Virus record (IMG/VR): IMGVR_UViG_3300048575_000218
Coordinates: 1 to 32,633 of that record
Length of the DNA stretch: 32,633 nt
Strand: one strand, 5' to 3'
From: a virus
Lineage: Duplodnaviria > Caudoviricetes
Part shown: positions 1 to 8,921 of the stretch, one piece after another
Layout: the number at the start of each line of letters is the position of its first letter
Position numbering within the stretch: position 1 is the stretch's first letter
The notes under the pieces: generated by a model
Told to the model about the DNA's origin: nothing
Databases searched by the model: none
The model's input: the letters and a program-made list of their open reading frames with translations, nothing else
Translations under genes and position numbers: made by a program

Positions 1-2
1 AG

Positions 3-392
3 TGGGTATATACCGCTCTTGCCGCCCCTCTGCTGGGTTGGCTCGGTGGGTGGATGCACTCGCGCTATAAGGCCAGGCAAACGATCAAGGCCAAAGTGGA
101 CTTCCTCTCCGGTATGCCTTCCGAGTGCAAATGCGAGCTGCTAGTTTTCAAGCTCCATCGCACCCACACCATGCGAGGTGATCCGGGCAGGCCACCCATG
201 AGGCTGCTGGAAAGGATGGGGGTAGTTGCCATCGGCACCGGCGGCGGAACATTCGATGCGGTTGACCGCTACATCTCGGTCAGGCCTGCGTACTGGTCGG
301 TCTTCGATGACTGGCTTAAGCGTGATTTCGAGGCTGCCCTGTTGCTGCCGGAGATAGCAGCAGAATTACAGCAAGAGGGAGTGGAACGCTAA
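3..392 (+). CDS. Membrane protein, possibly SieB-like superinfection exclusion protein (5' truncated by window)
   Basis: Frame is open to the window edge (WVYTALAAPLLGWLGGW, a hydrophobic segment, precedes the Met at 54). The following pattern L..M..E.K..L..F.....T....P..P.M..L...G.V resembles SieB-family C-terminal domains (recalled, not searched). Confidence 0.5.
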   Translation, partial: WVYTALAAPLLGWLGGWMHSRYKARQTIKAKVDFLSGMPSECKCELLVFKLHRTHTMRGDPGRPPMRLLERMGVVAIGTGGGTFDAVDRYISVRPAYWSVFDDWLKRDFEAALLLPEIAAELQQEGVER

Positions 393-506
393 ATTGAGAG
401 CTTGCGGTTGGGCTTCCAGGCACTGCAGTTGAGCTGCTGGCTAGGTTGTACATGACATGCAAGGACTTTCTGGCAGTTTGGGTCATGGAAACAGTTAGGA
501 GGAACC

Positions 507-968
507 ATGGATCGGGATTTGCTGTTCGCTTTCTTCACGAAGCATTGCGGGCCGGACTGGCATACATCGGCACCTATTGCGCTATCCGCTTGGGAGGCTG
601 TCGAGGCTCTCTGGCCGCTGAACGAGCACTTCAGGCCGAACCACCGTGCCTTCCGTGCCTTGCCGTATTCCCCTGCCTATGAGGCTCAGGCTGATGAGGC
701 GTTGGCAAGATTTGTGTTCGAGGATGCCTGGGGGTTGGTCAGCATAGAGACCTGGCGGGTGATCCTGGAGCGGCAACAGCAGGCTATAACTGCGTTGCCG
801 CTACATGAGATGAGTGGTGGTCGTCCTATGGTGCATGTGCCGCCAATGCTGCCACTGGCTGCTCGAACAGGTGCCGCAATTCTGGTTGTGCTTCATGGAA
901 TGAAGCTCCCGTTTCCACCAGATGATCGAGCAGGTTACGAGCCTGCTCCATCTGCGCCGGGTCAGTAG
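507..968 (+). CDS. Hypothetical accessory protein (153 aa)
   Basis: Strong RBS (AGGAGG) 4 nt before ATG; protein-like composition; codon usage less GC3-biased than the structural genes. Confidence 0.7.
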   Translation: MDRDLLFAFFTKHCGPDWHTSAPIALSAWEAVEALWPLNEHFRPNHRAFRALPYSPAYEAQADEALARFVFEDAWGLVSIETWRVILERQQQAITALPLHEMSGGRPMVHVPPMLPLAARTGAAILVVLHGMKLPFPPDDRAGYEPAPSAPGQ

Positions 969-1026
969 CGCTGGCCAAATTGAAAGCCTGCGTATGGGGT
1001 TTGTAGATCTCGTTCCATTGCATCAT
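826..1026 (-). CDS. Possible small protein (66 aa), downstream of the SGNH gene
   Basis: RBS-like AAAGAGG 5 nt before ATGATG; helical-looking sequence; overlaps 507..968 tail-to-tail by 143 nt. Confidence 0.35.
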   Translation of the reverse strand: MMQWNEIYKPHTQAFNLASATDPAQMEQARNLLDHLVETGASFHEAQPELRHLFEQPVAALAAHAP

Positions 1027-1093
1027 GGCTGCCTCTTTAGTGTCGGATTGAGTTAGTGCGATAGATGCGACGTGTCAGCCGTCATGCTCAGTC

Positions 1094-2362
1094 TCACAAC
1101 AGCTTCCCTCCCGCGAACTGTCCCACCTTCACCCGGCCGGCCAGCGGCACGTTCTGGCATCCGTAGATCACCAGCCTGGCCTTGATGTCGGTCTCGGTAC
1201 CGTCGAGGGTGAGCAACGGTGTTTCCATGGGCCCGGCCACGCGCCGGGCATCCAGTGGCGTAGTCTCCAGGTAGCGGTCGGCGTCTTTCACGTAGTAGGC
1301 GGTGCCGCCTCGCACGAATCGGATGTCGAGCGAGACGCCGCTGACTCCGGCCAAGCCCTCTTGCTCCACCCAGGCCATGACTCGGGCCTTGTTGCCGCTG
1401 GCGATGTTGGCCAGGCTGATGGACTGCTCGAACGACAGGTACGAGCTGGCGCTGGTCGGCATGCCGCCCAGGTCGATCACCTGCAGCTCGCCTGCAGCCG
1501 GGCTGGCCTCCTTCGAGAGCGTGGCAGTGGCACCGGTCCAGGACGAGGCCGTGAGGCTGAAGCCATCTGCCAGTGGGCCAGTGGCGTTGGCGGCGCCATT
1601 CTTGGTGCCGCCTATGCCGGTGCAAAGCGGGTTGCTGGTGAGCCAGCCGGTCACGTTGGTGCTGGCGTTGTAGGGTGAGTCGAACAGCGGCAGTTCTAGT
1701 GCTGCGGGATACAGGTCGATCAGCTGACGGGCGATGTGCATGCCGATGATCATCGCCGCGATCGGCCCCGGATGGAGGCCGTCGTGGAACAGGCCAGGCA
1801 GCGGCAATCCCGCTGCCGCGTTGGCCGGATCGATCAGGTCTACCCAGGGGTCCGCAACCCGCACGCCGATCCGTGGGAAGTAACTCTTGATCCAGTCACG
1901 CAGTGCCAGGTGGTTGGCCAGCTGCTGGCCCGTCAGCGCGTTGGAGCCGCCTCGGGGCAGCTCGGCAACGATGATCGGAATCTTGCCGGCAGCCAGCTGC
2001 ATGCGGATACCGGCCTCGATGTTGCGCTTGCTGGTCTCCAGGCTCAGGTTGGCGGCACCGCGATCATTGGTGCCAATCAGGTTGACGAAGACGCTGCCGC
2101 CATTGGCCAGGATGGTCGGCATACGCGCAAGCCACATGGCCGTGGTATCGCCACCGACTCCCCCGTTGCGCGCGGCGCTGACCCGAACCCGCCCGCCGCT
2201 GTAGCGACCAATCCAGCAGCCGTACCCGTAGGCCTCGGATATCTCGTTCGGCGCGGCGCCGCTGTGGCAGTTGGCGGTACGGCTGTCACCGCTGATGTTC
2301 AGTACGCGGTCCAGCGGTACTGCAGACTGAACCGCCATCGCAAGGGCTGAGCGAATGGCCAT
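1094..2362 (-). CDS. SGNH/GDSL hydrolase with C-terminal beta-rich (carbohydrate-binding-like) domain, 422 aa
   Basis: Blocks GDSRT, NGGVGGDTT, LIGTND and DGLHP all present; start chosen at MAIRSAL (2362), 2 nt after the upstream stop. Confidence 0.88.
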   Translation of the reverse strand: MAIRSALAMAVQSAVPLDRVLNISGDSRTANCHSGAAPNEISEAYGYGCWIGRYSGGRVRVSAARNGGVGGDTTAMWLARMPTILANGGSVFVNLIGTNDRGAANLSLETSKRNIEAGIRMQLAAGKIPIIVAELPRGGSNALTGQQLANHLALRDWIKSYFPRIGVRVADPWVDLIDPANAAAGLPLPGLFHDGLHPGPIAAMIIGMHIARQLIDLYPAALELPLFDSPYNASTNVTGWLTSNPLCTGIGGTKNGAANATGPLADGFSLTASSWTGATATLSKEASPAAGELQVIDLGGMPTSASSYLSFEQSISLANIASGNKARVMAWVEQEGLAGVSGVSLDIRFVRGGTAYYVKDADRYLETTPLDARRVAGPMETPLLTLDGTETDIKARLVIYGCQNVPLAGRVKVGQFAGGKLL

Positions 2363-2364
2363 CG

Positions 2365-2622
2365 CTACACCCCCTGCACGAATGCGCGGCCAGTGGCCAC
2401 GCAGAAGGCCCACAGGCCAGGGCTGCCGGCATCGACGATTACTTCTTCGCCGTACTGCACCAGGCGCCCATCGCGGCTGGCGGGGCTGGGCTGGCTGCTG
2501 CTCTCCAGCAACAGCAGTTCTGCGCGCGACTTGCCTTGCACACGCAGGCCGGTGCCAGCCGCGATCTGGCTGGCGGTGTAGACGTTTACCCAGGTCTTGG
2601 GCGGGATGTTGATATCGGGCAT
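2365..2622 (-). CDS. Small phage protein (85 aa), possible virion adaptor
   Basis: MPDINIPPKTWVNVY...; closely coupled to the SGNH gene; first ORF after the leftward late-type promoter. Confidence 0.75.
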   Translation of the reverse strand: MPDINIPPKTWVNVYTASQIAAGTGLRVQGKSRAELLLLESSSQPSPASRDGRLVQYGEEVIVDAGSPGLWAFCVATGRAFVQGV

Positions 2623-2656
2623 GGCTGCGGCTCTCTGGGCCTTGGTAGGAGGCCCC

Positions 2657-2728
2657 ATGCTCTGCCGCTCAAGCCGCTGTGTATTTTTGCCGCGTCAAAA
2701 TTACTCCGCGCGCGGGTGAGGCGAAGCT
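2657..2728. promoter_or_regulatory. Bidirectional late-type promoter: 16-bp dyad TTTTGCCGCGTCAAAA (2685-2700) with a -10-like hexamer 22 bp away on each side
   Basis: GAAGCT at 2723-2728 (+) and GAGCAT at 2662-2657 (-), each exactly 22 nt from the dyad; same geometry at 10971 and 16882. Confidence 0.7.
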
Positions 2729-2803
2729 GGCCGTGCGTCCCGTAGGAACCGGATCGGGATGAACAGCCACAGGCCAAGGACGGCCACCCTCGCGGAGAAG
2801 CCC

Positions 2804-3106
2804 ATGTCTCGCAGTTCGGATTACCGCCGGCGCATTCGCATGCCGCGCATGACCACCTGGACCATCATCACCTTCGCCCTGCTGCTGGGGCTGGCCGTCA
2901 TCCGGCCGGAGCAGCTGCAGGTCGTGCTCTACAAATCGGCGCTTGTTACCTTCGGTGCGGTGCTGGGCTACTGGATCGATCGGGGTCTGTTCACCGGTGC
3001 TGACCGTCCGCATGAATGCCCGAGCTGGCAAACGCTGGTTGCTGCCTGGATGCGCCGGGCAGTGATCACGCTGGCATGCATCCTCGGCCTCACCCTGGGG
3101 CTGTGA
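2804..3106 (+). CDS. Putative holin (3 hydrophobic segments)
   Basis: RBS GGAG; YKxxLVTxGAVLGYWIDR motif; directly upstream of the endolysin. Confidence 0.85.
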   Translation: MSRSSDYRRRIRMPRMTTWTIITFALLLGLAVIRPEQLQVVLYKSALVTFGAVLGYWIDRGLFTGADRPHECPSWQTLVAAWMRRAVITLACILGLTLGL

Positions 3107-3107
3107 C

Positions 3108-3890
3108 ATGCGAGTCCTGATCATTATCGGAGCCTCATGCCTGCTCGGTGCCTGTCACCCTGCATTCGCCGCCAGCGATATCCCGGCCGGCGCCGAACAT
3201 CACCGCCGTGTCCTGGTGCGCGCTGCGCATGCTGAATGGGGCCTGGGGGCGCCGGTGGCCACGCTGGCCGGCCAAGTTCACCAGGAAAGCCGCTGGCGTA
3301 GCCAGGCACGCTCCCCGGCAGGCGCCGAGGGCATCGCTCAATTCATGCCGGCAACGGCCGACTGGATGGCCGAGCTGTACCCCAACAGCCTGGGCCCCGC
3401 GCAGCCGTATAACCCCGGCTGGGCCCTGCGCGCCATGGTGACCTACGACCGCTGGCTATATGACCGCAACCAGGCCGCCAGCGACTGCGATCGCTGGGCG
3501 TTCGTGCTCTCCGCCTATAACGGTGGCCAGGGCTGGGTGAATCGCGACCGCAAGCTGGCCTCGGCTAAAGGGGCCGACAAGCTGGCCTGGTTTGATTCCG
3601 TCGAGCGGCACAACGCCGGCCGCTCGGCTGCCAACTTCCGCGAGAACCGCCATTACCCGCGCGCCATCCTGCTGCGCTGGGAGCCCATGTACGCGGCTGC
3701 CGGCTGGGGCCCTGGCGTGTGTGCCGAGAGGTACCGCCGTGAAAGTGCCACTGCTCTGTCTGGCGATGAGCATCGCCACTACATCACCTGCCGCGTGTTC
3801 CCTGAACTGGCTCGCTGCCAGCGAGCTGTACGCCTCGCCGCCGCACCCCGAACCACCGCCGCGGCTGCACGCCCGCAGGCACAGGCGTAA
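3108..3890 (+). CDS. Endolysin, SLT-type lytic transglycosylase with N-terminal signal
   Basis: QES, GIAQFMPAT, AYNGG and ENRHY motifs; hydrophobic N-terminus. Confidence 0.93.
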   Translation: MRVLIIIGASCLLGACHPAFAASDIPAGAEHHRRVLVRAAHAEWGLGAPVATLAGQVHQESRWRSQARSPAGAEGIAQFMPATADWMAELYPNSLGPAQPYNPGWALRAMVTYDRWLYDRNQAASDCDRWAFVLSAYNGGQGWVNRDRKLASAKGADKLAWFDSVERHNAGRSAANFRENRHYPRAILLRWEPMYAAAGWGPGVCAERYRRESATALSGDEHRHYITCRVFPELARCQRAVRLAAAPRTTAAAARPQAQA

Positions 3891-3906
3891 GGGGCAGCGC
3901 AGATGA
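3739..3906 (+). CDS. Possible small protein overlapping the endolysin 3' end
   Basis: GAGAGG RBS before GTG; hydrophobic N-terminus and basic tail; stop overlaps the Rz ATG (ATGA). Confidence 0.45.
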   Translation: MKVPLLCLAMSIATTSPAACSLNWLAASELYASPPHPEPPPRLHARRHRRKGQRR

Positions 3907-4526
3907 ATGCCCTCATTCGTTGGATCGGCGACCACATCTGGTTGCTGCTGATCCTCGTCTACGCCGCGGCCTTCTGGGCAAATGGCTCGAGCATGTATGA
4001 CAGCGGTTACCGCACAGCGCAGGCCGAGGGCGACTCCGCCCTGCAGAGCCTGCGGCTGGAGTACGCCGAGCAGGCCCGTCGCGCCGACCAGGAGAACCTG
4101 GTGCTCTACCGCCAGCAGGTGGAGCGCGCCAACCAGGCCGAGCAGCAGTACCTGGATGCCCAGGGCGAGATCGGCCAGCTGCAGCACCAACTCAACCAGG
4201 AGCGCATCGCTCATGTCTCGAATCAGTACCGCCCCGCGCCAGGCGCTGCGCCTGTGCCTGCTCCTCGCTTCGTTGTCACTTGCGGCTGGCTGCGCGACTT
4301 CAACGCCGCCCTCGGCGCCAGTGTGCCCGCCCCAGCCAGATGCCGAGCTGCCGCCGGTGCTGCGCAGGCAACCTGGCCCGCCGCCGGCTCTGACGCCGAA
4401 CTACTGGAAAGCGGCGTCAGCGCGGCTGACATCCTGGCCCATGCCCGCGATTACGGCGCCTGGGCCCTCACCAACCTGGCGCAGCTGAACGCACTGCTGA
4501 GCCTGCATGACAAGGAATCGCCCTGA
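3903..4526 (+). CDS. i-spanin (Rz-like)
   Basis: N-terminal transmembrane segment, coiled-coil periplasmic region, lysis cassette position. Confidence 0.82.
   Translation: MNALIRWIGDHIWLLLILVYAAAFWANGSSMYDSGYRTAQAEGDSALQSLRLEYAEQARRADQENLVLYRQQVERANQAEQQYLDAQGEIGQLQHQLNQERIAHVSNQYRPAPGAAPVPAPRFVVTCGWLRDFNAALGASVPAPARCRAAAGAAQATWPAAGSDAELLESGVSAADILAHARDYGAWALTNLAQLNALLSLHDKESP
4213..4488 (+). CDS. o-spanin (Rz1-like lipoprotein) embedded in the +1 frame of Rz
   Basis: AGGAG RBS; signal peptide MSRISTAPRQALRLCLLLASLSLAAG-C with lipobox; Pro-rich mature part; fully embedded as in lambda Rz/Rz1. Confidence 0.78.
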   Translation: MSRISTAPRQALRLCLLLASLSLAAGCATSTPPSAPVCPPQPDAELPPVLRRQPGPPPALTPNYWKAASARLTSWPMPAITAPGPSPTWRS

Positions 4527-4867
4527 TGGATTTGGACTTCGCGCTGCGCGCCGGCCAGTTCGCCTTCACCGCCCTGGTGGGCCTCTACTCGCTGATGGCG
4601 GCCAGGCGCTCCAGCTCGAAGGCCGAGGCCGAGCAGCTGGCCACCCGCCTCACCGGACAGGACAACCGCATCCTGGTGCTCGAGCAAAGCATGAAGCACC
4701 TCCCTGACAGCCAGCAGCTGACCGAGCTGGCGGGTGAACTCGCCGACCTGGCCGGTGACATGAAAGCGATCAAGGTTGAACTCGGGGCGGTGGCCAAAGC
4801 GCTCGACCCTTTGACCCGCAGCGTCGACCGCATCAATGACTACCTGCTGAACAACGCGAGGCCGTGA
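4526..4867 (+). CDS. Mu gp25-like (DUF2730-like) protein
   Basis: N-terminal TM, LEQxMKHLP motif and coiled coil ending in YLLN; position. Confidence 0.8.
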   Translation: MDLDFALRAGQFAFTALVGLYSLMAARRSSSKAEAEQLATRLTGQDNRILVLEQSMKHLPDSQQLTELAGELADLAGDMKAIKVELGAVAKALDPLTRSVDRINDYLLNNARP

Positions 4868-5166
4868 TGAACCAACAACCCTTTTCCGACTATCTGCGCC
4901 AGGATCAGCGCCTGGTGGTGCTGCGCATCCTCTCGGAGCTGCCGCAATACCGCTCCAACTCTTCGGTGATGGCCAATCTCCTTGGCGAATTCGGGCACCA
5001 CCCGAGCCGCGACCAGGTAAAAACCGAGCTGTTCTGGTTGGGCGAGCAGAACCTCATCAAGGTCGAGGACATTGGCTCGGTCCTGGTGGTCACCCTGACC
5101 GAGCGCGGCGCCGACGTGGCGGCTGGCCGCGCCTCGGTACCGGGCGTCAGCAAGCCGAGGCCCTGA
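4864..5166 (+). CDS. Mu gp26-like winged-helix protein
   Basis: DQRLVVLRIL, SRDQVKTELxWLxEQ and LTERGADVAxG motifs; position. Confidence 0.85.
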   Translation: MMNQQPFSDYLRQDQRLVVLRILSELPQYRSNSSVMANLLGEFGHHPSRDQVKTELFWLGEQNLIKVEDIGSVLVVTLTERGADVAAGRASVPGVSKPRP

Positions 5167-5168
5167 CC

Positions 5169-5717
5169 ATGGGCCGAAAGTCGAGCATCGACCGGCTGGA
5201 GCCGGCAGTCCGAGCCCACATCGAAAAGCGCCTGCGCGAGCGGCGCCTGACGCTGGACGAGCTGATCGCGGATCTCCACGAGCACTTCCCATCCGAGCAG
5301 AAGCCGAGTCGCTCTGCCATTGGCCGCTACAAGCTCAGCTTCGACGAGGTGTCTCGCCGCCTGCGTGAGCAACAGGCCATGGCCAGCCTGCTGGTCGAGG
5401 AGCTGGGCGAGAACCCCGACGACAAGGCCGGTGCACTGATGGTGCAGTCCATCACCACCCTGACCACCCATGCCGCGCTCGGCGCCCAGGTGGATGAAGA
5501 CGTCACGATCGACGACGTGCGCAAGCTGGCGCGTGCCGCCAAGGACGTGCTGGCCGCCCGCAAGGTGAGCCGCGAGGAACGCCGGGCCATCGAGAAAGAG
5601 GCCCGCGAGGCGCTGCTGGCCGAGCAAGAGGAACGCCTGCAGGAGCTGCGCGGCAGCGACGGCATGAGCGAGCAGCTCGAAAATCGCATCCGCGGCATCC
5701 TGCTGGGGAAAGCCTGA
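5169..5717 (+). CDS. Terminase small subunit (Mu gp27/DUF3486-like)
   Basis: MGRKSSIDRL start, SRSAIGRY motif; precedes large terminase. Confidence 0.85.
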   Translation: MGRKSSIDRLEPAVRAHIEKRLRERRLTLDELIADLHEHFPSEQKPSRSAIGRYKLSFDEVSRRLREQQAMASLLVEELGENPDDKAGALMVQSITTLTTHAALGAQVDEDVTIDDVRKLARAAKDVLAARKVSREERRAIEKEAREALLAEQEERLQELRGSDGMSEQLENRIRGILLGKA

Positions 5718-5718
5718 C

Positions 5719-7356
5719 ATGAGCCTCAAGGCCACCAGCCCGGCCCGCAAGATCGATCTGCAGGAAGAGATGGCCCTGCATGGCGTGGAGGTGCCGCAGG
5801 ATATCGCCCAGGCTGTGCCGGGCAGCGATGCGGTGTTCCTGCCGTACCAGCAAAAGTGGTTCGAGGACGAGAGCCAGATCATGATCGCGGAGAAGTCCCG
5901 CCGCACCGGCCTGACCTGGGCCGAGGCCGGGCGCAACGTGATCAACGCCGCCAAGCCGCGCAGCCGTGGTGGCTGCAATACCTTCTACGTCGGTAGCAAG
6001 CAGGAGATGGCGCTGGAGTACATCGCCGCCTGCGCGCTGTTCGCCAAGGCTTTCAACGAGCTGGCCGAGGCGGACGTCTACGAGCAGACCTTCTGGGACT
6101 CGGGCAAGAAGGAAGAGATCCTCACCTACATGATCCGTTTCCCCAAGTCGGGGCGGAAGATCCAGGCGCTGAGCAGCCGACCGAGCAACCTTCGCGGCCT
6201 GCAGGGCGACGTAGTGATCGACGAGGCAGCGTTCCATGAATCCCTGGAGGAGCTGCTCAAGGCCGCCCTGGCGCTGACCATGTGGGGCAACAAGGTGCGC
6301 CTGATCAGTACCCACAATGGCGTCGACAATCCCTTCAACACCTACATTCAGGACGCCCGCGAAGGCCGCAAGGATTACAGCATCCACCGCATCACCCTGG
6401 ACGATGCGATCGCCCAGGGCCTCTACAGGCGGATCTGCTATGTCACCGGCCAGGAGTGGTCGCCCGAGGCCGAGAAGAAGTGGCGAGACGGGCTGTACAA
6501 GAACGCCCCGAACATCGAAAGCGCCGACGAGGAATATGGCTGCGTGCCGAAGAAGAGCGGCGGCGCCTACCTGACCCGCCCGCTGATCGAGCAGGCGATG
6601 GTGGCCGACCACTCCATCCGCATTTACCGCTACGAGGCCCCGGAGGGCTTCGAGAGCTGGACGCCGGAGATGCGCACGGCCGAGATTCGCACCTGGTGCG
6701 AAGAGAACCTGCTGCCCGAGCTGGCCCGCCTGAGCGATCGCAACCGCCACACCTTCGGTGAGGACTTCGCTCGCCGTGGCGACCTGACCGTGTTCACGCC
6801 CCTGCAGATCGACCCAATGCTGCGCAAGCGCGTGCCGTTCCAAGTGGAGCTGCGCAACCTCACCTACGAGGCGCAGCGCGACATCATGTTCTTCATCTGC
6901 GGTCGCCTGCCGCGTCTCACCGGTCTGGCGTTCGATGCCACCGGCAACGGCGGCTATCTGGCCGAGCAGGCGGCGCTGCGCTACGGCACCGGCCTGGTCG
7001 AGCAGGTGAACCTCTCCCTGGCCTGGTACGCAGAGTGGATGCCCAAGCTCAAGGGCGAGTTCGAGGCCTTCAACATCCAGATCCCGCGCCACCAGAACAC
7101 CCTGGACGACCTGCTCTCGATCAAGGTCGAGAAAGGCGTACCAGTGATCGACAAGGGCCGAACCAAAGACCTTGAGAGCGCCAGCTCGAAGGCCAAGCGC
7201 CACGGCGACTCGGCGATCGCCCTGGCCATGGCCGTGCGCGCCAGCTTCATGGAAGGCGGCCTGATCGACTTCACCGCCTTGCCACGCCACAGCCGTGGCT
7301 TCGACAACGTGAGCAGTAACGACGATATCGACCTACCGGAGCCTTCAGCATGGTGA
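5719..7356 (+). CDS. Terminase large subunit (Mu gp28-like)
   Basis: LPYQ, EKSRRTGLT (Walker A-like), VVIDEAAFH (Walker B), GEDFARRGD, DATG and HGDSA nuclease motifs. Confidence 0.95.
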   Translation: MSLKATSPARKIDLQEEMALHGVEVPQDIAQAVPGSDAVFLPYQQKWFEDESQIMIAEKSRRTGLTWAEAGRNVINAAKPRSRGGCNTFYVGSKQEMALEYIAACALFAKAFNELAEADVYEQTFWDSGKKEEILTYMIRFPKSGRKIQALSSRPSNLRGLQGDVVIDEAAFHESLEELLKAALALTMWGNKVRLISTHNGVDNPFNTYIQDAREGRKDYSIHRITLDDAIAQGLYRRICYVTGQEWSPEAEKKWRDGLYKNAPNIESADEEYGCVPKKSGGAYLTRPLIEQAMVADHSIRIYRYEAPEGFESWTPEMRTAEIRTWCEENLLPELARLSDRNRHTFGEDFARRGDLTVFTPLQIDPMLRKRVPFQVELRNLTYEAQRDIMFFICGRLPRLTGLAFDATGNGGYLAEQAALRYGTGLVEQVNLSLAWYAEWMPKLKGEFEAFNIQIPRHQNTLDDLLSIKVEKGVPVIDKGRTKDLESASSKAKRHGDSAIALAMAVRASFMEGGLIDFTALPRHSRGFDNVSSNDDIDLPEPSAW

Positions 7357-8921
7357 CCATGTCCCGCATCCTCGGCCCGGATGGCCAGCCCATCCGCATC
7401 GGCGAGCTGCGCGAGCCGCAGACCGCCCATCTCACCAGCCTGCACCATGAGGTGGGCAACCACCCCTCGCGCGGCCTCACACCATCGCGCCTGGCGCAGA
7501 TCCTCGATGCCGCCGAGCAAGGCGACATCATCGGCCAGTACGAGCTGTTCGAGGACATGGAGGAGAAGGACGGCCACATCATGGCCGAGATGGGCAAGCG
7601 TCGCCGCGCCGTCCAGGGCCTGGAGTGGCAGATCGTGCCGCCAGACAATGCCAGCAAGGCCGAGAAGGATGCCGCCGCGACCTTGAGCAGCCTGCTCGAT
7701 GGCCTGGATGACTTCGATGACCTGGTGTTCGACCTGACCGATGCGATCGGCAAGGGCTTTGCGTGCCTGGAGTTCGATGGCTGGCAGCGCACGGATGGCA
7801 CCTGGTTGCCGAACAGTGCCATTCACCGCCCGCAGTCCTGGTTCCAGCTGGTGCGTGGTCAGCACCAAGAGATTCGCCTGCGTGGCGCCGCCGGCGGCGA
7901 GGCGCTGCAGCCGTTCGGCTGGATCGTGCACACCCACAGGGCCAAGTCCGGGTACCTGGAGCGCTCGGCGCTGTTCCGGGTGCTGGTGTGGCCGTACCTG
8001 TTCAAGAACTACAGCGTGGGCGACCTGGCCGAGTTCCTGGAGATCTACGGCATCCCCATGCGCGTGGGCAAATACCCGTCCGGCGCGACCGAGAAGGAGA
8101 AGCTGACCCTGCTGCGCGCCCTGGCCGCGCTTGGCCACAACGCCGCCGGCATCATCCCGCTCGGCATGGAACTGGAGTTCCTCAATGCTGCCCAGGGCGA
8201 CCCGGCGGCCTTCCAGCTGATGATCGAGTGGTGCGAGCGCACCCAGAGCAAGGCCATCCTGGGTGGAACGCTCACCAGCCAGGCCGATGGCAAGAGCAGT
8301 ACCAATGCCCTGGGCAACGTGCACAACGAGGTGCGTCAGGAGCTGCGTGACGCTGACGCCAAGCAGATCGCCATGACACTCAGCCAGCAGCTGGTGTATC
8401 CGATTGCCGTGCTCAACGGCCTGGCCAGCGACTGGCGTCGCTGCCCGCGCCTGAAATTCATCACCCAGGAACCGGAGGATCTGGCCCACTACGCCGAGGC
8501 GTTGCCCTCGCTGGTGAAGATGGGCATCAAGATCCCGCGCCAGTGGGCACAGGAGCGCCTGGCGATCCCGGAGCCGGATGATGATGAAGAGGTGCTGGCG
8601 ATCGCGGCCGAGCCGGTTGCGCCACCTGCCGCGCCTGAGCCCGTGCCGGGCAAGGCGGTGGCCACCGCACAAACCAGGGCCCCGGCAACTGCTGCGGAGC
8701 AGCTGGACGACCAACTGCAGCCCAGCACGGGCCAGTGGATTCAGCGCATCCGTGACCTGGTGCAGGGGGCCGAGTCGCTGGAACAGATCCGCGACGGCCT
8801 GGAGCGCCTTCTGCCAGACATGAGCCTGGAGCAGTACGCCGAGGTGATGGCGCAGGCCCTGGCTGCCGCCGCCCTGCAAGGACGCATGGAGATCCTGCAG
8901 GAGGCTGCCGGTGGCCGTTAG
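7350..8921 (+). CDS. Portal protein (Mu gp29/DUF935-like)
   Basis: HPSRGLTP, FLEIYGIPMRVGKY, SKAILGGTLTS and ALGNVHNEVR motifs; alternative start 7359. Confidence 0.95.
   Translation: MVTMSRILGPDGQPIRIGELREPQTAHLTSLHHEVGNHPSRGLTPSRLAQILDAAEQGDIIGQYELFEDMEEKDGHIMAEMGKRRRAVQGLEWQIVPPDNASKAEKDAAATLSSLLDGLDDFDDLVFDLTDAIGKGFACLEFDGWQRTDGTWLPNSAIHRPQSWFQLVRGQHQEIRLRGAAGGEALQPFGWIVHTHRAKSGYLERSALFRVLVWPYLFKNYSVGDLAEFLEIYGIPMRVGKYPSGATEKEKLTLLRALAALGHNAAGIIPLGMELEFLNAAQGDPAAFQLMIEWCERTQSKAILGGTLTSQADGKSSTNALGNVHNEVRQELRDADAKQIAMTLSQQLVYPIAVLNGLASDWRRCPRLKFITQEPEDLAHYAEALPSLVKMGIKIPRQWAQERLAIPEPDDDEEVLAIAAEPVAPPAAPEPVPGKAVATAQTRAPATAAEQLDDQLQPSTGQWIQRIRDLVQGAESLEQIRDGLERLLPDMSLEQYAEVMAQALAAAALQGRMEILQEAAGGR

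Noticed and set aside
393-506. Sigma70 promoter for the 507 ORF
   Set aside because: TTGAGA/TTGAGC hexamers are present but no convincingly spaced -10 was found
2363-2413. Longer SGNH start at 2413
   Set aside because: Overlaps the upstream 85-aa gene; 2362 gives tight coupling
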